Of a stretch of 64,000 nucleotides of DNA, positions 11,501-25,740 are shown in pieces. This DNA comes from Centroscyllium fabricii (lineage: Eukaryota), in the NCBI GenBank assembly GCA_051313645.2, contig JBNRSN020000004.1, positions 85,374,001-85,438,000 of the forward strand. The letters are read 5' to 3'. The translations under genes were made by a program, and so were the position numbers. Under the pieces are notes generated by a model. That model was not told the DNA's origin. It made no database searches and saw only the letters and a list, made by a program, of their open reading frames with translations. Numbering within the stretch: the first letter of the stretch is position 1; each line of letters starts with the position of its first letter.

Positions 11501-14500
11501 AGTCTGGCAGATAACAACAGCCCAGAGGAGTTCATTGTCTCGTGTGTACTGAAAATACGACGTTCACGATGAGGTAGTAAGCAGGAAGTCTTGGTTTTTC
11601 CATTAGTTGATATAAAAGGTCGCTTAGTACGTAAGGCGCTGTAACTGCCGCGTGGACATTTGCAGATCGATGGGTTAAACTGAAAACCACCCCACGCGGA
11701 AAATATAAAATTAACATCGAAGGAGTAGATTCATTTCCGTAACGAAACTTTTTTTTTTATTCAGTAAGGTTACACGTGTCTTTGTTTATTTTGTCATCAT
11801 TAAACATATTTCTCATTCTGCAGATCAAGTTAACTGGCATAAAACTACTGGGTTATGAAAGGTCCGTCTCCTAATAACATTCCCACCTGTTCAAGGTGAG
11901 GTTGTGATGACGCAAGTGCATTACTCCAGTTTCTGCAGCGCTGGCTGGAGGCAAGGCAAGAACATTGCGCATGTGCAGGAACTTTCTCAGCCTGCAATGT
12001 ACTGTTTTAATGAAAGTTATCAAATATGAGGTGTCATTACAAGTAAATCTTGTTTACAGCTCTGTGTGTTCAAATAGCAGAGTGTTTCTCCTTATACTTG
12101 TACTTTTAACTTCTGTTTCAAAGAGCAGTTGTACAAGAGACATATCCAGAAAGTGCAGCACCGATGTGGTGTTGGAGAGGTGGGGGCGGGAGGAGAGAAT
12201 GAGCTGCATCGTTTATAATATTGTTCCTCTTTTCCAATGCACCTATTTTTTTTTGCCTGGTGTATTTGGAGATTGTTTTGATTTATTTTCAGTATCAAAG
12301 AAATGAAAACCCTAATTGCACTACTTACCTTCAAAATCATGAAATGAAATGTTGCTGTTAACTCTACGATTTAAGGTTCGCAGGAACTGTAAACTTTCTT
12401 TACCTTTTGGATAAGCAGACAATGATGGTTAGAGAATTGATAAGCAGCTGGTGCCATACTCTTCAAAATAGCATCACCGTCATCTACAATCGCAGCTTTC
12501 GGTTAGGTCGTAAATTAAAATGAGTTCGGTTCCAGGCCTGTCATTTGGAAAAAGAAATGGACTTAAAGCACCCATTGCTTATATTCTGCCTCAAGCAGAA
12601 TACGGATTTTTGGTTTGTTGTTCCGCTTGAAAACATAAAGAAACCTTTGTTAAAACTGTAAACGTGTACTTTCAAATTACGTAATAAGCTGCAGTAGAAA
12701 TGATGAGACTAGGTGACATAATCAGAAGGATCATAGCCTGGTGTTTATTAAAACAATATTCAAGTGCTTTTACAACTGTAGATTGATACAAAAGTTAATT
12801 CGAGCTGGTTGGTTGATCGTTCTGTTCTTTCTCAAGTTGACATTTTTACAGAAATAACGTGTTGGAAAGGAGTAGTCCATTCACATTTCAGATGTTATAT
12901 ACGTAATTACCTATCTCCACCATTTCAAATGTCCCATTGGCGGCCAGAGCAGAAGGAAAGCCAATAACGTCAGACCTATGAAGAACACTGTTTGCACCCC
13001 AAATTGATGCATCCAGAATAAGGTCCCCCCGCCTCCACATCGACTGCCTCCTCCCGCGCACTGTACAGGAGTCTGGGAATTGCAGATTAGAATACTTCTG
13101 CTGATGTGCAGTGGAGAAATCAAACTACCGATGAAATGAAGCTGAAATCTCTGAAGAACCAACCTCACGTGAATTAAAAGTGACGTTTTTACACCAACGT
13201 CTCTCTCTCTCTCTCTCTCTCTGCACGTTCTTACGTGTTTTGGGAGCGCCGCTCTTTCTCTAAGCTTGTGCGCTGGTTTTCACCTTTGCTTTTCGCCACT
13301 GATGTATTAGTGCTGTATTCGTCCTCCCTTTTATAACAGCAATCACCCACTTCAATTTAAATGCGAATGGGCGAGGTGGAGTTCCGCCAGTAAAGTCATT
13401 ATGTGGTGTTAATGAAGCTGATAGTTTTACTGAATCAGTGCTCAGGGTCCGGGGAAGGGAGGTCAGACCGGAGAACATTGAGAAAATGTTTCTCTCGCCA
13501 GGGGACAGCATTGTTTGGGCAGTACGTTAAGCGTAAAAAAAAGTTACTGTCACAACGATACAAAATATAAACCTTGCTGGCGTCTTTGCATATTTTTAAA
13601 CAAGCAATGCGGAAATAATCTTGAACTTGATTAAAATCCAACTTCTTCTCGTACCTCAGAGGGTTTTATGAATTCGACTTTCATCCTATAGTTTATTCAA
13701 AAAAGTACAATTTATCAGCGAAATGATCTGCTGAGTTCGAGCGAAGTGCGCCCACCGAGCAGTAAACTGGCACTAGGTTCGAGACCAAAGCGAATTTAAG
13801 GACTGAAAATGAGCGAATCGCTGTTTTTTTCTCCATATTGTTCATTTGGTCCTTATGGAAAACTACTTAGGGACAACGTAGACAACCGTACAATTTAATT
13901 GGGCAATTTAATTTCATGTGTTAGAAAAATAAAGCAGTGACCATACCTTAGGGTCTTATATTCCCATCGCACATCTGAAGCCGATTAGCGCGTTAACTTC
14001 TCACGAAGCGCCGGCAGCTATGGTTATCGTTGAATTATTCCAATACAAAATGATGGGTGTTGAAAATCTCAAAACGCCAACAGTAAGTGGTGCGATTTTC
14101 CGACATTTCAGTCTCCACCCCCAGAGCAACAACACGTGGATCAGACCAAGTCACTGGTCATGTGCTCCATCTTTGGCGGGGGCTACAACCTGTGATATTG
14201 AAGCAGAAGCAGATCTCTCGTTTACCATAATGTGTGCAGTTAAGCAGGTCAGGTTAATTGTTTTTAGTTTATCATCGGCTGGTTTCAATTGGTTCAGGCG
14301 GTGATATAATTCAAATCGCGGGGCTGCAGCGTTACTCCTTCGAAAGACCCATGGCAGCCGTGATATCACATGCTTCCAATTGATACTGGCGGCAACACTG
14401 AACGGGAACACTGGCTGTTAAATCGCTCGTTCAGTGCAGTAATGCTGCATATTTTGAGTCCCCGTGAAGCGATCTGGGGTTTTCAGTGAGGCGGGATGAG

Positions 14501-14509
14501 CTGCATATA

Positions 14510-15032
14510 GTCGTGTCAGCATGACTCAGTTAATAGCTCCTGCCTTGGAGTCAGAGGGTTGTAGGTTCAAGGCATTGCCAGAGGTGCCACCCTTCAGATG
14601 ACATGTTCAACCACGGTCTTTTCTGTGTCAAGTTTCCCATAGCATTGTTTGAGGAGAGCGTGGAGTTCGCCTGGTGTAAATAAAATGGAAAGTAATACAA
14701 ACACTGTAACCCGAAATGAAAACTGAAATGCTGGAACTACACAGTAGATCGGTCAGCATATATGAAAAGAAAGCAGAGGCGAACTGACCTGCTGCGTATT
14801 TCCAGCATTTCTAATTTTTATTTATGAAGTCTTTCACTGTTGTGATCAATATTCTTACCTCAGCCAACACCACCATGCCGACGACAAATTGGTCATTGTT
14901 TTTTGCGGGACCTTGCTATGTTCCCAATGGCTGCCATATTTACCTACATAACAACAGTCACTGCACTTCAAAGCAATTCATTGGACATGAAGCACTTTGG
15001 AACTGATACGGTACTATATAAATGCAAGGTGT
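14510..15032 (+). mobile_element. Degenerate Deu-domain SINE copy with a small inverted-repeat insertion (about 14700-14825)
   Basis: Head tgactcagttaatagc..ggttcaagg, core gaggtgccacccttcagatga, tail tactatataaatgcaagg; colinear with 7455-8095. Confidence 0.65.
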
Positions 15033-15565
15033 TGCTTAACGACAACCCAACTGGTATCAGTTGGGAATTTCGATTGAGTATGAGACCACCTGAGCAGATA
15101 ATCTCAGATTCGCCTTCTCCCTAAACTGAATAACTGCTGTCACTGCACAATAGACATAAGGCTGCGGTTAATTTACAATGCAAGTATTACAAAAAAGTAG
15201 ATTTTGATCGAGGTTTTCAATATTTTTGTCCCATCCTGCTTAAGGATGCATGTCAAGAGGAAGGAGGACTGATCCGTGCGGACGGGTGAGAGCTCCAAGG
15301 GGAAGTTGCTCTCATACATTCCTCCTTGGGGAGAGGCACCTCCCTGGCTCTCCATCTTAGCGCAAAAGAGCCAATACTTTTATGGCATAATCTATTCAAA
15401 GACAGTACAGTAGTGTGTTGTAAAATGCAGCTGGCAACTCGAGTTATATTGTGGTCACAATTCATGTTTTGACTGCCAGGAGTGAGCAGCCATGGTGTGA
15501 AGAGTTCTATCCTCCAGTGGCTGTTTCTTTAATATCAAGAAAGCCCTGGACAGTGTGCACTTTGC

Positions 15566-16812
15566 ATAAGAACATAAGAAATAGGAGCAGGAGTAGGCCA
15601 ATCGGCCCCTCGAGCCTGCTCTGCCATTCAATAAGATCATGGCTAATCTGATCCTAACAACCAACCTACTATCACAGAACCATCTCCTGAATCTAACAGA
15701 ATTAGACACACAAAATAGGAGCAGGATCAGGCTACACGGTCCCTGGGCCCGCTCCACTACCCACAGGGCCATGACCAATCTGAACCTAGACTCATGTCCA
15801 AATTCCTGCCCACTCCCCATAACCCTTAATCCTTTTTACTACTAGGAAACTGTCTATTTCTGTTTTTAATTTATGTAATGATGTAGCTTCTACAGCTTTT
15901 TGGGGCAGCATGTTCCATGGACCTACTACCCTCTGAGTGAAGTAGTTTCTCCTCATCTCAGTTTTGAAAGAGCAGCCTCTTATTCTAAGTTTATGCCCCC
16001 TAGTTCTAGTTTCACCCATCATTGGGAACATCTTCCCGCATCCACCCAATCCAACCCCTTCACAATTTTATATGTTTCATAGAAACATAGAAACATAGAA
16101 GATAGGAGCAGGAGTAGGCCATTCGGCCCTTTGAGCCCGCTCCACCATTTAATGAGATCATGGCTGATCTTTGGCTGATCTTTCAAGTTCAGTACCCTGT
16201 CCCCGCCTTCTCTCCATAACCATTAATCCCTTTAGCCTGAAGAAATGTATCCAATTCCCTCTTAAATATATTTAATGAACTGGCCTCCACTGCCCTCTGT
16301 GGCAAGGAATTCCACAGGCTCACCACTCTCTGGGTGAAGAAATTCTTCCTCATATCTGTCCTAAATGGTTTACCCCTTATCCTTAGACTGTGGTCCCTGG
16401 TTCTGGACTCCCCCGCCATTGGAAACATTCTTTCTGAATTTAACCTGTCCAGGCCTGTCAGAATTTTATATGTTTCTATGAGATCTTCTCTCAATCTTCT
16501 AAACTCCAGCGAGTACAAGCCCAAACTACACAATCTAGCCCAAACTACACAATAAGATCTCCCCTCATTCTTCTGAACACCAATGAGTGGAGTCCCAATC
16601 TACTCAACCTCTCCTCATATGTCCAATCCCTCATCCCTGGGATTAACCGAGTGAACCTTCTTTGTACTGACTCGAGAGCGACTATGTCTTTTCTTAAGTA
16701 TGGACACCAAAACTGTATGCAGTATTCCAGGTGCGGTCTCACCAATACCTTGTACAACTAAAGCAATAACTCCCTATTTTTATACTCTATCCCCCTAGCA
16801 ATGAAAGCCAAA
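15566..16812 (-). mobile_element. Two nested CR1 LINE 3' fragments (inner copy about 16078-16540)
   Basis: ORFs [52 protein letters not shown]; tails (cataagaa)n and (catagaaa)n. Confidence 0.92.
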
Positions 16813-18467
16813 GATTAAAATAACTCAATACTATGTGCATAAATACCTGGAGATCCAACTCAGTACTACCTCAGCACTTCTTAAACCCGGCCTCACACCG
16901 GATTGACGCCGTATTACATGAGCCGTGGAGCTGAAGTCCTGTGAGATCAATTCTAGCAGAGAGTGGGGGAGGGGGCGGGGGAGGGGCTCTCTCACACCTC
17001 TTGGCATCAGTGCCTGGGTCAGTCAGACTGGGTTTTTGTGTGATATCGCCACTTTGAGGTACATATTCATGTAAAAGTGGGAGTATAACCGCAGTCCGCG
17101 TTTCTGATGTTAAATAGAGCACAAAGACAGACAGTTTTCATTTTCTTTTATTAAGATTTCACCGGCAGCCGAAGACAATATATAGATGAATACGAACATC
17201 TCTTTCAATCAATTAACGTACAGAAGTCATTCATTAAGCAGTTTTATTTTTTAACGTAATACTTTGAAATGATGCTGTTGGGTGAGTGCTCCTGACGTCT
17301 TTGATATTCAAATACAGTAAACGATACACTTCAGACTGCGTGATGACGCAATTGGAAAAAAATGTAGATTTTGATCAGATTTTTCCAATATTTTTGTTCC
17401 ATCTGTTTAAGGATGTCCGTCATGGATCGGGGTGGGTGGGGGTGGGGAAGAGGGGACCCCGGACCCCAAGGCAGAGCGTCTTTCCTATTTTCTTCCTTGA
17501 GGAGCAGCACCTTCTGGCTCCCGGGACATTGCTCCTATCCTAGTGCAAATCAACCACCACCGTTATGGTATAATATATTCAAACACCGTATGTAAGCCGA
17601 TTCTGCTGGCTCCAATAACTGCTAAAGACTTCTACTAAATGCTGAGAGTAGCCTACCATTTACCTCCACTCTACTGTTAAAACTGAAGCTAGAACCACAT
17701 CCAAGCGTTCAGAGATGTGTCATGTGAATTTGATACAGGTTCACAAACTGCTATCCTCATCTGCACTGAATGCAAACATTTACTGTCCTAAAAGACAGGT
17801 GAAAGAAATTCTGGTTCTAAGGGTCACCAGTAAAAACTTAAACATGCAAATTAAATATTTTATTTCCAATTTTAAATTGTTTCCCCCTCTCTCTCTCTCT
17901 CTCTCTCCGACTTCCCCCTCCCCCACAACCTGACTAAAAGGGCGACAAGCCATCTGCCATTGCTTTACTGGCTAGCCGCCCGATAAAAAGATGCGATGGG
18001 AGAATAATCACGGCACCATGCACCAGCCCTCTTGTGCTGGGACCGTGTATCGTCCTGCGTTGGGAATTCGCCTCCAGTGGAATCGTTGACGTGAATTTGT
18101 GATTTATTTTAATTATCTGCAATATTTGCTTGTATTTTAATGAAAGAGGAAATAATAAAAATTGCAAGGCTTCGTTCTATACTCAATGCAACCCCTTGAC
18201 ACAGTAAATAAACCTAGACTGTTCAATATCTATGAACCCTCACCTACCCAGTCACCGCTAATTATTGTCTGTCTGTTGCTGCGTACAATGAATAACTCAA
18301 GTTTGGCCAGTTTCCGTTATTCCTCGATCTATACCATTGTTTCCAATAATGTGTCTTTATAAAGTGGGTGCATGGGTGCCAGGTATAGAGCCACATAAGG
18401 AGGAGTACTCCGCAAATGTCTCTTTTACCGCAGCCCCACCTTCACACACACCGCTCTACTCTACATG

Positions 18468-18607
18468 CAAGAAGTCACACAACACCAGGTTATAGTACAA
18501 CAGCTTTATTAGAGTGATTTCAAATAAAGCTGTTGGACTATAACCTGGTGTTGTGTGCCTTCTTACATTTGTCCACCCCAGTCCAACACCGGCATCTCCA
18601 CATCACA
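18468..18607. mobile_element. Short Penelope terminal-repeat hairpin remnant
   Basis: aagaagtcacacaacaccaggttatagt is inverted against actataacctggtgttgtgtgccttctt; same family as 46455-46650 and 51262-52500. Confidence 0.75.
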
Positions 18608-21600
18608 TCTATTCTACATGTACAGTGAGTAAAAGACGGAACCAACGTAGCCAACATATTTTCCGTAACGTCATATTTGTCAGAATGCTTTTGTCCTTAA
18701 AATTCATTTTTTTACCAGGTGGGTTATCTCAGCGATCTATTGCATCACCGAAGGCTGCCTGTTTTACCTGGTGGTTGGTTAAGCAATGGTGGAAGGCGTT
18801 GGTACCAATCCGCAAGCAGTGTGTGTTTAAAACACTCTGACGTCACCCACAATAGTCAGGGTTTGGGCATTCACACAAATAGTTCGCAGTCGGCCAATAG
18901 GTTTTGCTGATGCAATGGAAATGGAAAGGAAAATGAATGTTTACATCTGAACAAGTTAACGTGTCTTCTCTCCACAGGTGCTGACTGACCTTCAAATATT
19001 TTCTGCCTTGCTTTCATTTGCAGTTTTTTTTTATCAATTTGCTTTTTTTTTATCACTATTTCTGTTTATACGTTTCGGTAAAGGCCATCGGTCTTTCAGA
19101 CAGCGCAAGGTACGGATGGCAAGACGAGGTCAGCTGTGGGTAGGACGTGCCAGAGCTATCATTTAGAATGATTCCTGGCATTATGGGGGGGGGGGGGGGG
19201 GGTGGGGGCAGGAAATGAAACACAGGGAGAATCCTGGACCGATGCAGCTTTCTCCGCTGCAACTTAGGTGGTGATGCAAGAGTTTTTCAGGCGTTAAACC
19301 TGACACAAATTCTGCAAGTGAAACTTGATCGTTCTGAGAGGGCCCCAAAAGTAAAATCTCGCAGAGGCTTGAAAGGCTGTTGCTTTGAATGCTGAGTCTG
19401 CATTCGAGTGCTGAAGCACGACAACAAAGCCACCGATACGCTGCGGGTAGCAGAGAGGGAAGGGGTATCAGCCACATATACTCACAATTAGTGCCTTTAA
19501 TCAAGTCTTTAAATTATATGACTACTTTATATGTATAAATCTTTCTTGACATTCCACATAATGAGAATAGTAAACTTGACAATTTGTTGGCTCAGATGCG
19601 CCAAACCAGAAGCAAAATAAAAAGACTGGAAATGGAAGCTCCAAACGTTGTCAAAAGTTAAGTGTCGTCTCAACGTTAGCTACGTACAACTGATATAAAT
19701 GAACTACGTTTAAATTGCTTTTATAATATAGCAACGACAAAAATATTCTCCATGGACATTGTGTATTGTCGAAAGAATGTTTTTTTCCTCCCAAGTTTTA
19801 TTTTATAAACAAAGCCTGCTATAAATCCCACGGCTCATGTGGTTTATACAAACTGCAGGCACCGTCTGAAGTTTACAGCGGGTTTAAGCTACTTTTCTGA
19901 ACAAAAATAAACGAACAAGGCAACACTGCCTGTCACCCAGAGATGTCTGCTACTGCTCTTTAAAGAGACCGCACCCAATTAGTCGCCGATGTTGCTGTAT
20001 ATGAAAAGGGAATATATTACAATATTCACACACATTTCACGGTGCTATTTTGCAATTAAGATAACTCGCGCTTTCCAACTGTGTAGAAAAATGTAAACGT
20101 GAAAAGAATATTTCGCAGTATTAGTGTTTTAAACATGCAGGTAGGTCTTGTGAATACTGTTGTATTTGAAAATATTAACATAGCTTTCAATTTGATGGTT
20201 ATAATAGAATAAGAGGCAAACACTGTAAATGTCCAATATGTATGTTCGGCTGGGTCTTTACCTCACAAGCTAGTATTTGGCTACATGTCACGCTTGTCTG
20301 AAGTGTGAAAGCTGGGTTTATTACATATAAAATCACTCTTTTATAAATTATATTTTATAAATCATTGTTACTGAATATATTTTTTCAAACGCGGTATCTG
20401 TGGTATCGGTAATCCGCGTTATCTGCTCTTTGATTTTCTTAACACACATCTCTATGCACCACTGCTCCACTAGGGACAATGAAGGATGCTGTGTTTATAT
20501 ACACGGCACAGATTGCAACGTGTACTCACTTTTCGAAACTTTCATTTTTGGAATTGACAAAAAACGACTCACGAGGGTTACTTGTGAAGCTAATTACTGG
20601 GTTGGTATGTGTCTGTGAGCTTTTTGTTGTGTGTTGATTCTATATAGGTCATGTTGCTGCGATATTTGAATGGAATTCTTGTCAAAACAATGTCATGTAT
20701 AACTAAAAGATTTATTACGTGTAATTCATCACTGCATACAAACACCTGTAGCGTCGCATTTGTTCCCATATTCACTGTTTCCATCTGTTTTAAAGCACAT
20801 TTAAGTAGAATAATTTTCCCCTTGTGTTAAAACCTCATTGCTGAATCCAGCATTGTCATATGATTACAGTGATAATAAGTGATTAATACCCACAAATTCC
20901 ACTAACCCCTCCCTTATACGTCAAAAAAAGATTTTCTATGACATATTACATCAGTGAACTTTCTCATTGGTGACTTTTCATAAATGATTCAAGCTCGAAA
21001 GCCTATACTTTATTTAAGATAAAACGATAGTATGATTACATATAGGTTTTAGGAACGGCAACAAGCACTGTAAATTTCCAACATTTCAATGAATTCATCA
21101 CAATTATAGGAGAAACACATTTTTATGAATACACGGTGTGCTCTGTTTTTCAATATTTAAGTACAACGTGACAGCAATTATAAAGCAGTGAGATGCATAT
21201 TTGTGAAGTTCGGCATCATTTAGTGACAGATCCAGTAACAACCACGATAAGACATACCAATGAGAATGTGTTGTCTGGACATCATAATGGCATGTCAGTG
21301 ACTTAAAAAAATCTGGTACGCGTTATTCGAGCTTACGAGTTATACTTGACATTGTTTTCATAATAATCTAATGCAAACAAAGGAGCAACATCAAATAATC
21401 ACATACTTGCAAGCATAAGGCTGGTGCAAACTTGTTTTTCTCTAAATGCTCATTAAAAACGCCCTGAAGTTCCAACTGAAATGGAGATAACGTTCAAGAG
21501 GCATACTTCAACTTTATTCTAAAAGGGTAAAAAAAAAGTAAACATTGCGTTGTAGACTTCATTTTCATTCCGGTTCTCTTTATAAAAGTTATGCTGCAGA

Positions 21601-22879
21601 CAGTTAGCAAATCCTAATGTTCCAATCTGCAGAGAAACCACCAGCATTTCGAACGATGTTCTGGTTTATAATACTGCACATTCTTGTAAAGTATTAATCA
21701 GGTGTTCATCATATCTGTCACCTTTGCTTGGTTCACTTAGTAACAGAAAATAGAATAGTTCCTAGAATAGTTCCTCTGAAAATGTAATGTAATTGTTTAA
21801 AAGTAAAAGTTTAAATGCAGGTGCGTTTGATGGGTATCAAATGTGATATTCTTCATTAATAAACAATAAATTATTTATGACTATGTTAATTGTTATTGTG
21901 AGCAAGATGTCATGTTTAATTTACATTTTCTCTATGCCTACCCAAATATCAAACCAGCATTAATTTGTTATTTTGCAGTTAGAAGTAAATTTCTAAATGA
22001 ATAGTTAGATGCCTAGAATGAGGGATTAAAAATAATTTGCAAGGACATACAAAAACAATTACCGCTACCAATTGCAGAAGAATCTGCAAATTGCGTTAAA
22101 ATATAGCATTTAAAAGTACCTTATTTATACTTTAGACAAGTGTGTTAACCACAACATTGCTCCGTTTCTCCGGCCTACAGATGATAACATTAGTGTTTGC
22201 TAAGAGTTTACAGTATGACATCATTTGATCTAGGGGTTTAGAAAGGAAATTTTAACAAGTTCTAATAGAAGCTGTAATTCTGGTGTTTTCGATTTGAGGA
22301 TAATGGTTAGTTGGCTTTGAAGCCTGGGTTGCATGTTTTTCACATCTCGGCTGTTCTACCTGATGAGTATGACTTCGCACACGGTTCAGCGGTTTGAAGG
22401 TGCAATTACACAACTGTGCCGTTCGTGCGAATCAGCTTGGCTTTACAAAGGCACTGTGCACGGGAGCATTTATCCTATACGATATAGGATAAATACAGCC
22501 TGAATCTGCACCAGGGCCCGACTTGACATCGGACAGTTTGGATTCAGTTCGGGCCTAAGCGCCCTACACAAGTTTAGCACAACGCCAAGCCAAAACCGCA
22601 TCACAGCAGCAGTAAACATTGTAAATGTACATCGAGAAGAATTGTATCATTTTGCATGGTTCCATTAAGTTTCTAAAAATTGCGGCGGTCAAGATTTCCG
22701 ATGGCACAAAATCCCAAAAAATGTTTGCTATCCGCACGCTGGTTTCTCCATGTTGGCTTCAATGTCCTCGATGGCTATATTGAAATTCGGGAGGGAGGGA
22801 AAGGGCAAGAGACGCGCTACATTTTTTGCAGCAGCAGCAGAACTTCAGCACAGACCCTCGCTAAACATTTTTTTTTTAC

Positions 22880-23560
22880 ATTTGTTCCGTGGCGCCAAAT
22901 GCGTGAAAGCAGGCGGGGATTTGCTCATGGCTGCGGTGCGGGTGCGGTGACTAACTAAGGCTAGGCTGCACGCAGGGCATGTGCTCAGGTGGTTCTGAGG
23001 TTTGACCATTGCACTCTGCGGTGGGAGCGCCGAGGCGCGCAGGCGCGCTACACGGTTTCCCCAACAGGGCTCCGGCGCGCGAGCCGCCAGCAGCGCCCGC
23101 CAAAAGAGTCACGTGGGCGGCGAGCAGCCGCTCTGCGGGCTGCAGAAACCCGGCCCTCCTTTGTCATTCAATACAGGGAAGGGGAAGATCAGAGCGGGGG
23201 GGGGACGGACGCGTAGGTAGATCATTAGTCAGCCTGCCTGCCTGCCCGATGCATTAGCTGAAAAATACAGCTAGTGCATAACATGTGAAAATAAGGCAAA
23301 CACAATTTGACGAGCCCGTAAAAAAACATCTGAAGCAAATTCGGCTGACTGGCGTCATGTGATTGAAACACCGAGCGTGGCCGTTTAGAATCAACGCTGG
23401 CGTCATTTCCAACGCCAAATACTCGGTGCTTTCTGCCCGTGCCATTTCAAACCAAATCCTTTCTAGGCCGTGGGGGGGGGGGGGCGATTATTTAAATGTG
23501 ACACCCTCCCCCCCTCCCCGGCACGAAATGTCAAGGCGAAAAAATAAAAAAAAGCTGCTC
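22880..23560. promoter_or_regulatory. Orphan CpG island between BMI1 and SPAG6
   Basis: Very high CpG and GC content (ggcgcgcaggcgcgc, ggcgcgcgagccgcc), GTCACGTGG E-box near 23108-23116, E2F-like GGCGCCAAA near 22891; no credible ORF. Confidence 0.65.
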
Positions 23561-25597
23561 TACTACCTGAAAAAAAACCGTTCTACATACATGGCCTGTC
23601 GCCACTAACCGTTCACTCAGCTCTTGTACAAGTTACAAAAAGAAACTGCTTGTTTGTGAGAAAAGGAAATCCGCTCGTTGAGCAAAGAGCTAAAAAAGAT
23701 CATGCAGCAGACAAGAACGTTACCCACCACTGACAACGGAAACAGGAAGCAGTTATCTGATTAAAACATTTACTAAGAATTTTGATGTAATATTTTTTAA
23801 GGGACTCATGAAACATTTGTATGTTTTTGTTAACGTCACCATGACACCCAACTTATGACATTTTCAATATACTTATGAACCACAATACAAGATCTTACTA
23901 TTGATAATAAAGGGCGCACTTCCTGATTTCTCCGAATTAAAGTATAAATCTAGTTTACACTCGATTTTCAAGTGCAGGAACACCAGCCTGCGTTAATTTA
24001 AATGAGTTCTTTTTATTATCTAAGAGATCGCTCAGCGAGTATTGTCGTGTTTAAGAACCCTGCAGTCACGTTTACTTTCTTAGCACAAAGAAAACGTGTG
24101 TTAAACTTAGATTGTAACGTTGATATGTCTTTATATCTAGTTTTCAAAGCTGCACCATAAGGCCATGAATTGTTTTCAGAGACGCCACCGACGTTTACAT
24201 TTACACTAACACATTGATATTGGATCTTTTTGTATTATTTGATTACCTGGCATTACCGTGAGGCATGGACAACCTGGTGGAACCTTAAACACCTGGTCAA
24301 GCTGCTCCTTTTTGTAGGCCAGGAAGTAATACATGAGATCATATACGTCTTTTTCAAAACAACTGTGATAACCGCGTATCTGTTAAAACATTTACAGAAC
24401 ACCTTAAAAAGAGTACAGATCAGGAAGAGACTTTGGATGCCGGTGGGTACGGTATTCGCCGATTGGAAGTGTGACTATAAAGTCGGAAATAGTGTATTTA
24501 CGTATTTCAGTAAAATTGCCTTTGTTGATCATATTGGAACTAAGGAGGCAGTGTCGTCACATCTCTGGCGTTCACCTTTGCACCCTGAATTCAAATCAAG
24601 AGCAGAATATTTGAACAAATTCGTCCGACTACTCTCCATCTCCCCAAACCTCTGCCTCCCCCTTTCCCCTTTGCCCATACATTTATAAGGGAATGAGCCC
24701 AGTGAGTCCAATGCTGAATTCACAATGCAACATTCATTCAATTGTCTGAAAAGGCCATACAGATGACATGGGAATGTCACACTTGTACAGCGATGGGAGA
24801 GATTACTTTGGTGAATTAAAGATTAAGTTACTTAGAATTTGCCAAGTGGGAACTATCTGATCCACTCAGTGTGCTAAATGGGTATAGGAAGTAAGGGGGG
24901 CTCCAGTTCTGGTGGCAAAATCTTTCATGGATCCCTCTCAAAATAATCAATTGTCTAAGCACACTAATGGAAGAGTTTTTTTTAATCTACCCATGTCATG
25001 CAAACCTAAAAGGTTTGTGCTGGCCTGATGCCCGTGGGCCTTTCTCAGTCTGTTTGTACTCACTGTCAGAAAAGCACTGTTAACGCAGTTATATTACAAG
25101 TATCTTAATTACCTGAGCCAGTGTTTTTGTTTGCTTTCCCTAGAATGTTGTTAACCGTTATCTTACCTTCAACGCAAAGGGGCATATTTCCTCCGTGTAT
25201 AAAGTTAAGGGAAATTCTTTTCTTAGCCCCTCATGAAGAAATTATATTCTAGGGAAGACGAAAAAGTAGTTTTTTTTAATTCAACTCTGCACACTGGAAA
25301 CATATGCCAGCCTCCAACAGCTACGTTGATTTGGTTCTGAGAGAAAGTGTTTCTGTCCACGTGAAAGCAATAGGAATGGTCGCCCTTTGGAGAGATTTGC
25401 TGCTCAGGAGATATGCTGATTGCTTTGTACTTTTGTGCAAGTGAAGTGAACTTTGAAAAATAATGCATTGTCAATGTCAGGTAATGACAATGCAAACCAG
25501 AGCAAATGCGGCCCCATTAATGTAATCCACATACAAAGTCAACAACATTTACTCGCTATTGAATTCATATCAATTAATATCAAAAACCACACGATAC

Positions 25598-25740
25598 TGG
25601 TGTTCCGATGAAGGGTCCAGAACCCGAAACGTTAACTCAGTTTCTCTCTCCACGGATGCGGCCTGGCCGGTTGAGTTTTTCCAGCATTTTCTGGTGTATT
25701 TTTCAGATTTCCAACATCCGCAGTATTTTGCTATTATATA
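25598..25740 (+). mobile_element. Short Penelope-derived terminal-repeat element
   Basis: ccgatgaagggtccagaacccgaaacgttaactcagtttctctctccacggatgcggcctggcc..ccagcattttctg, homologous to the reverse complement of 5113-5220. Confidence 0.7.

Noticed and set aside
24230-24688. 152-aa plus-strand ORF
   Set aside because: TTG start and no similarity to any family I recognise.
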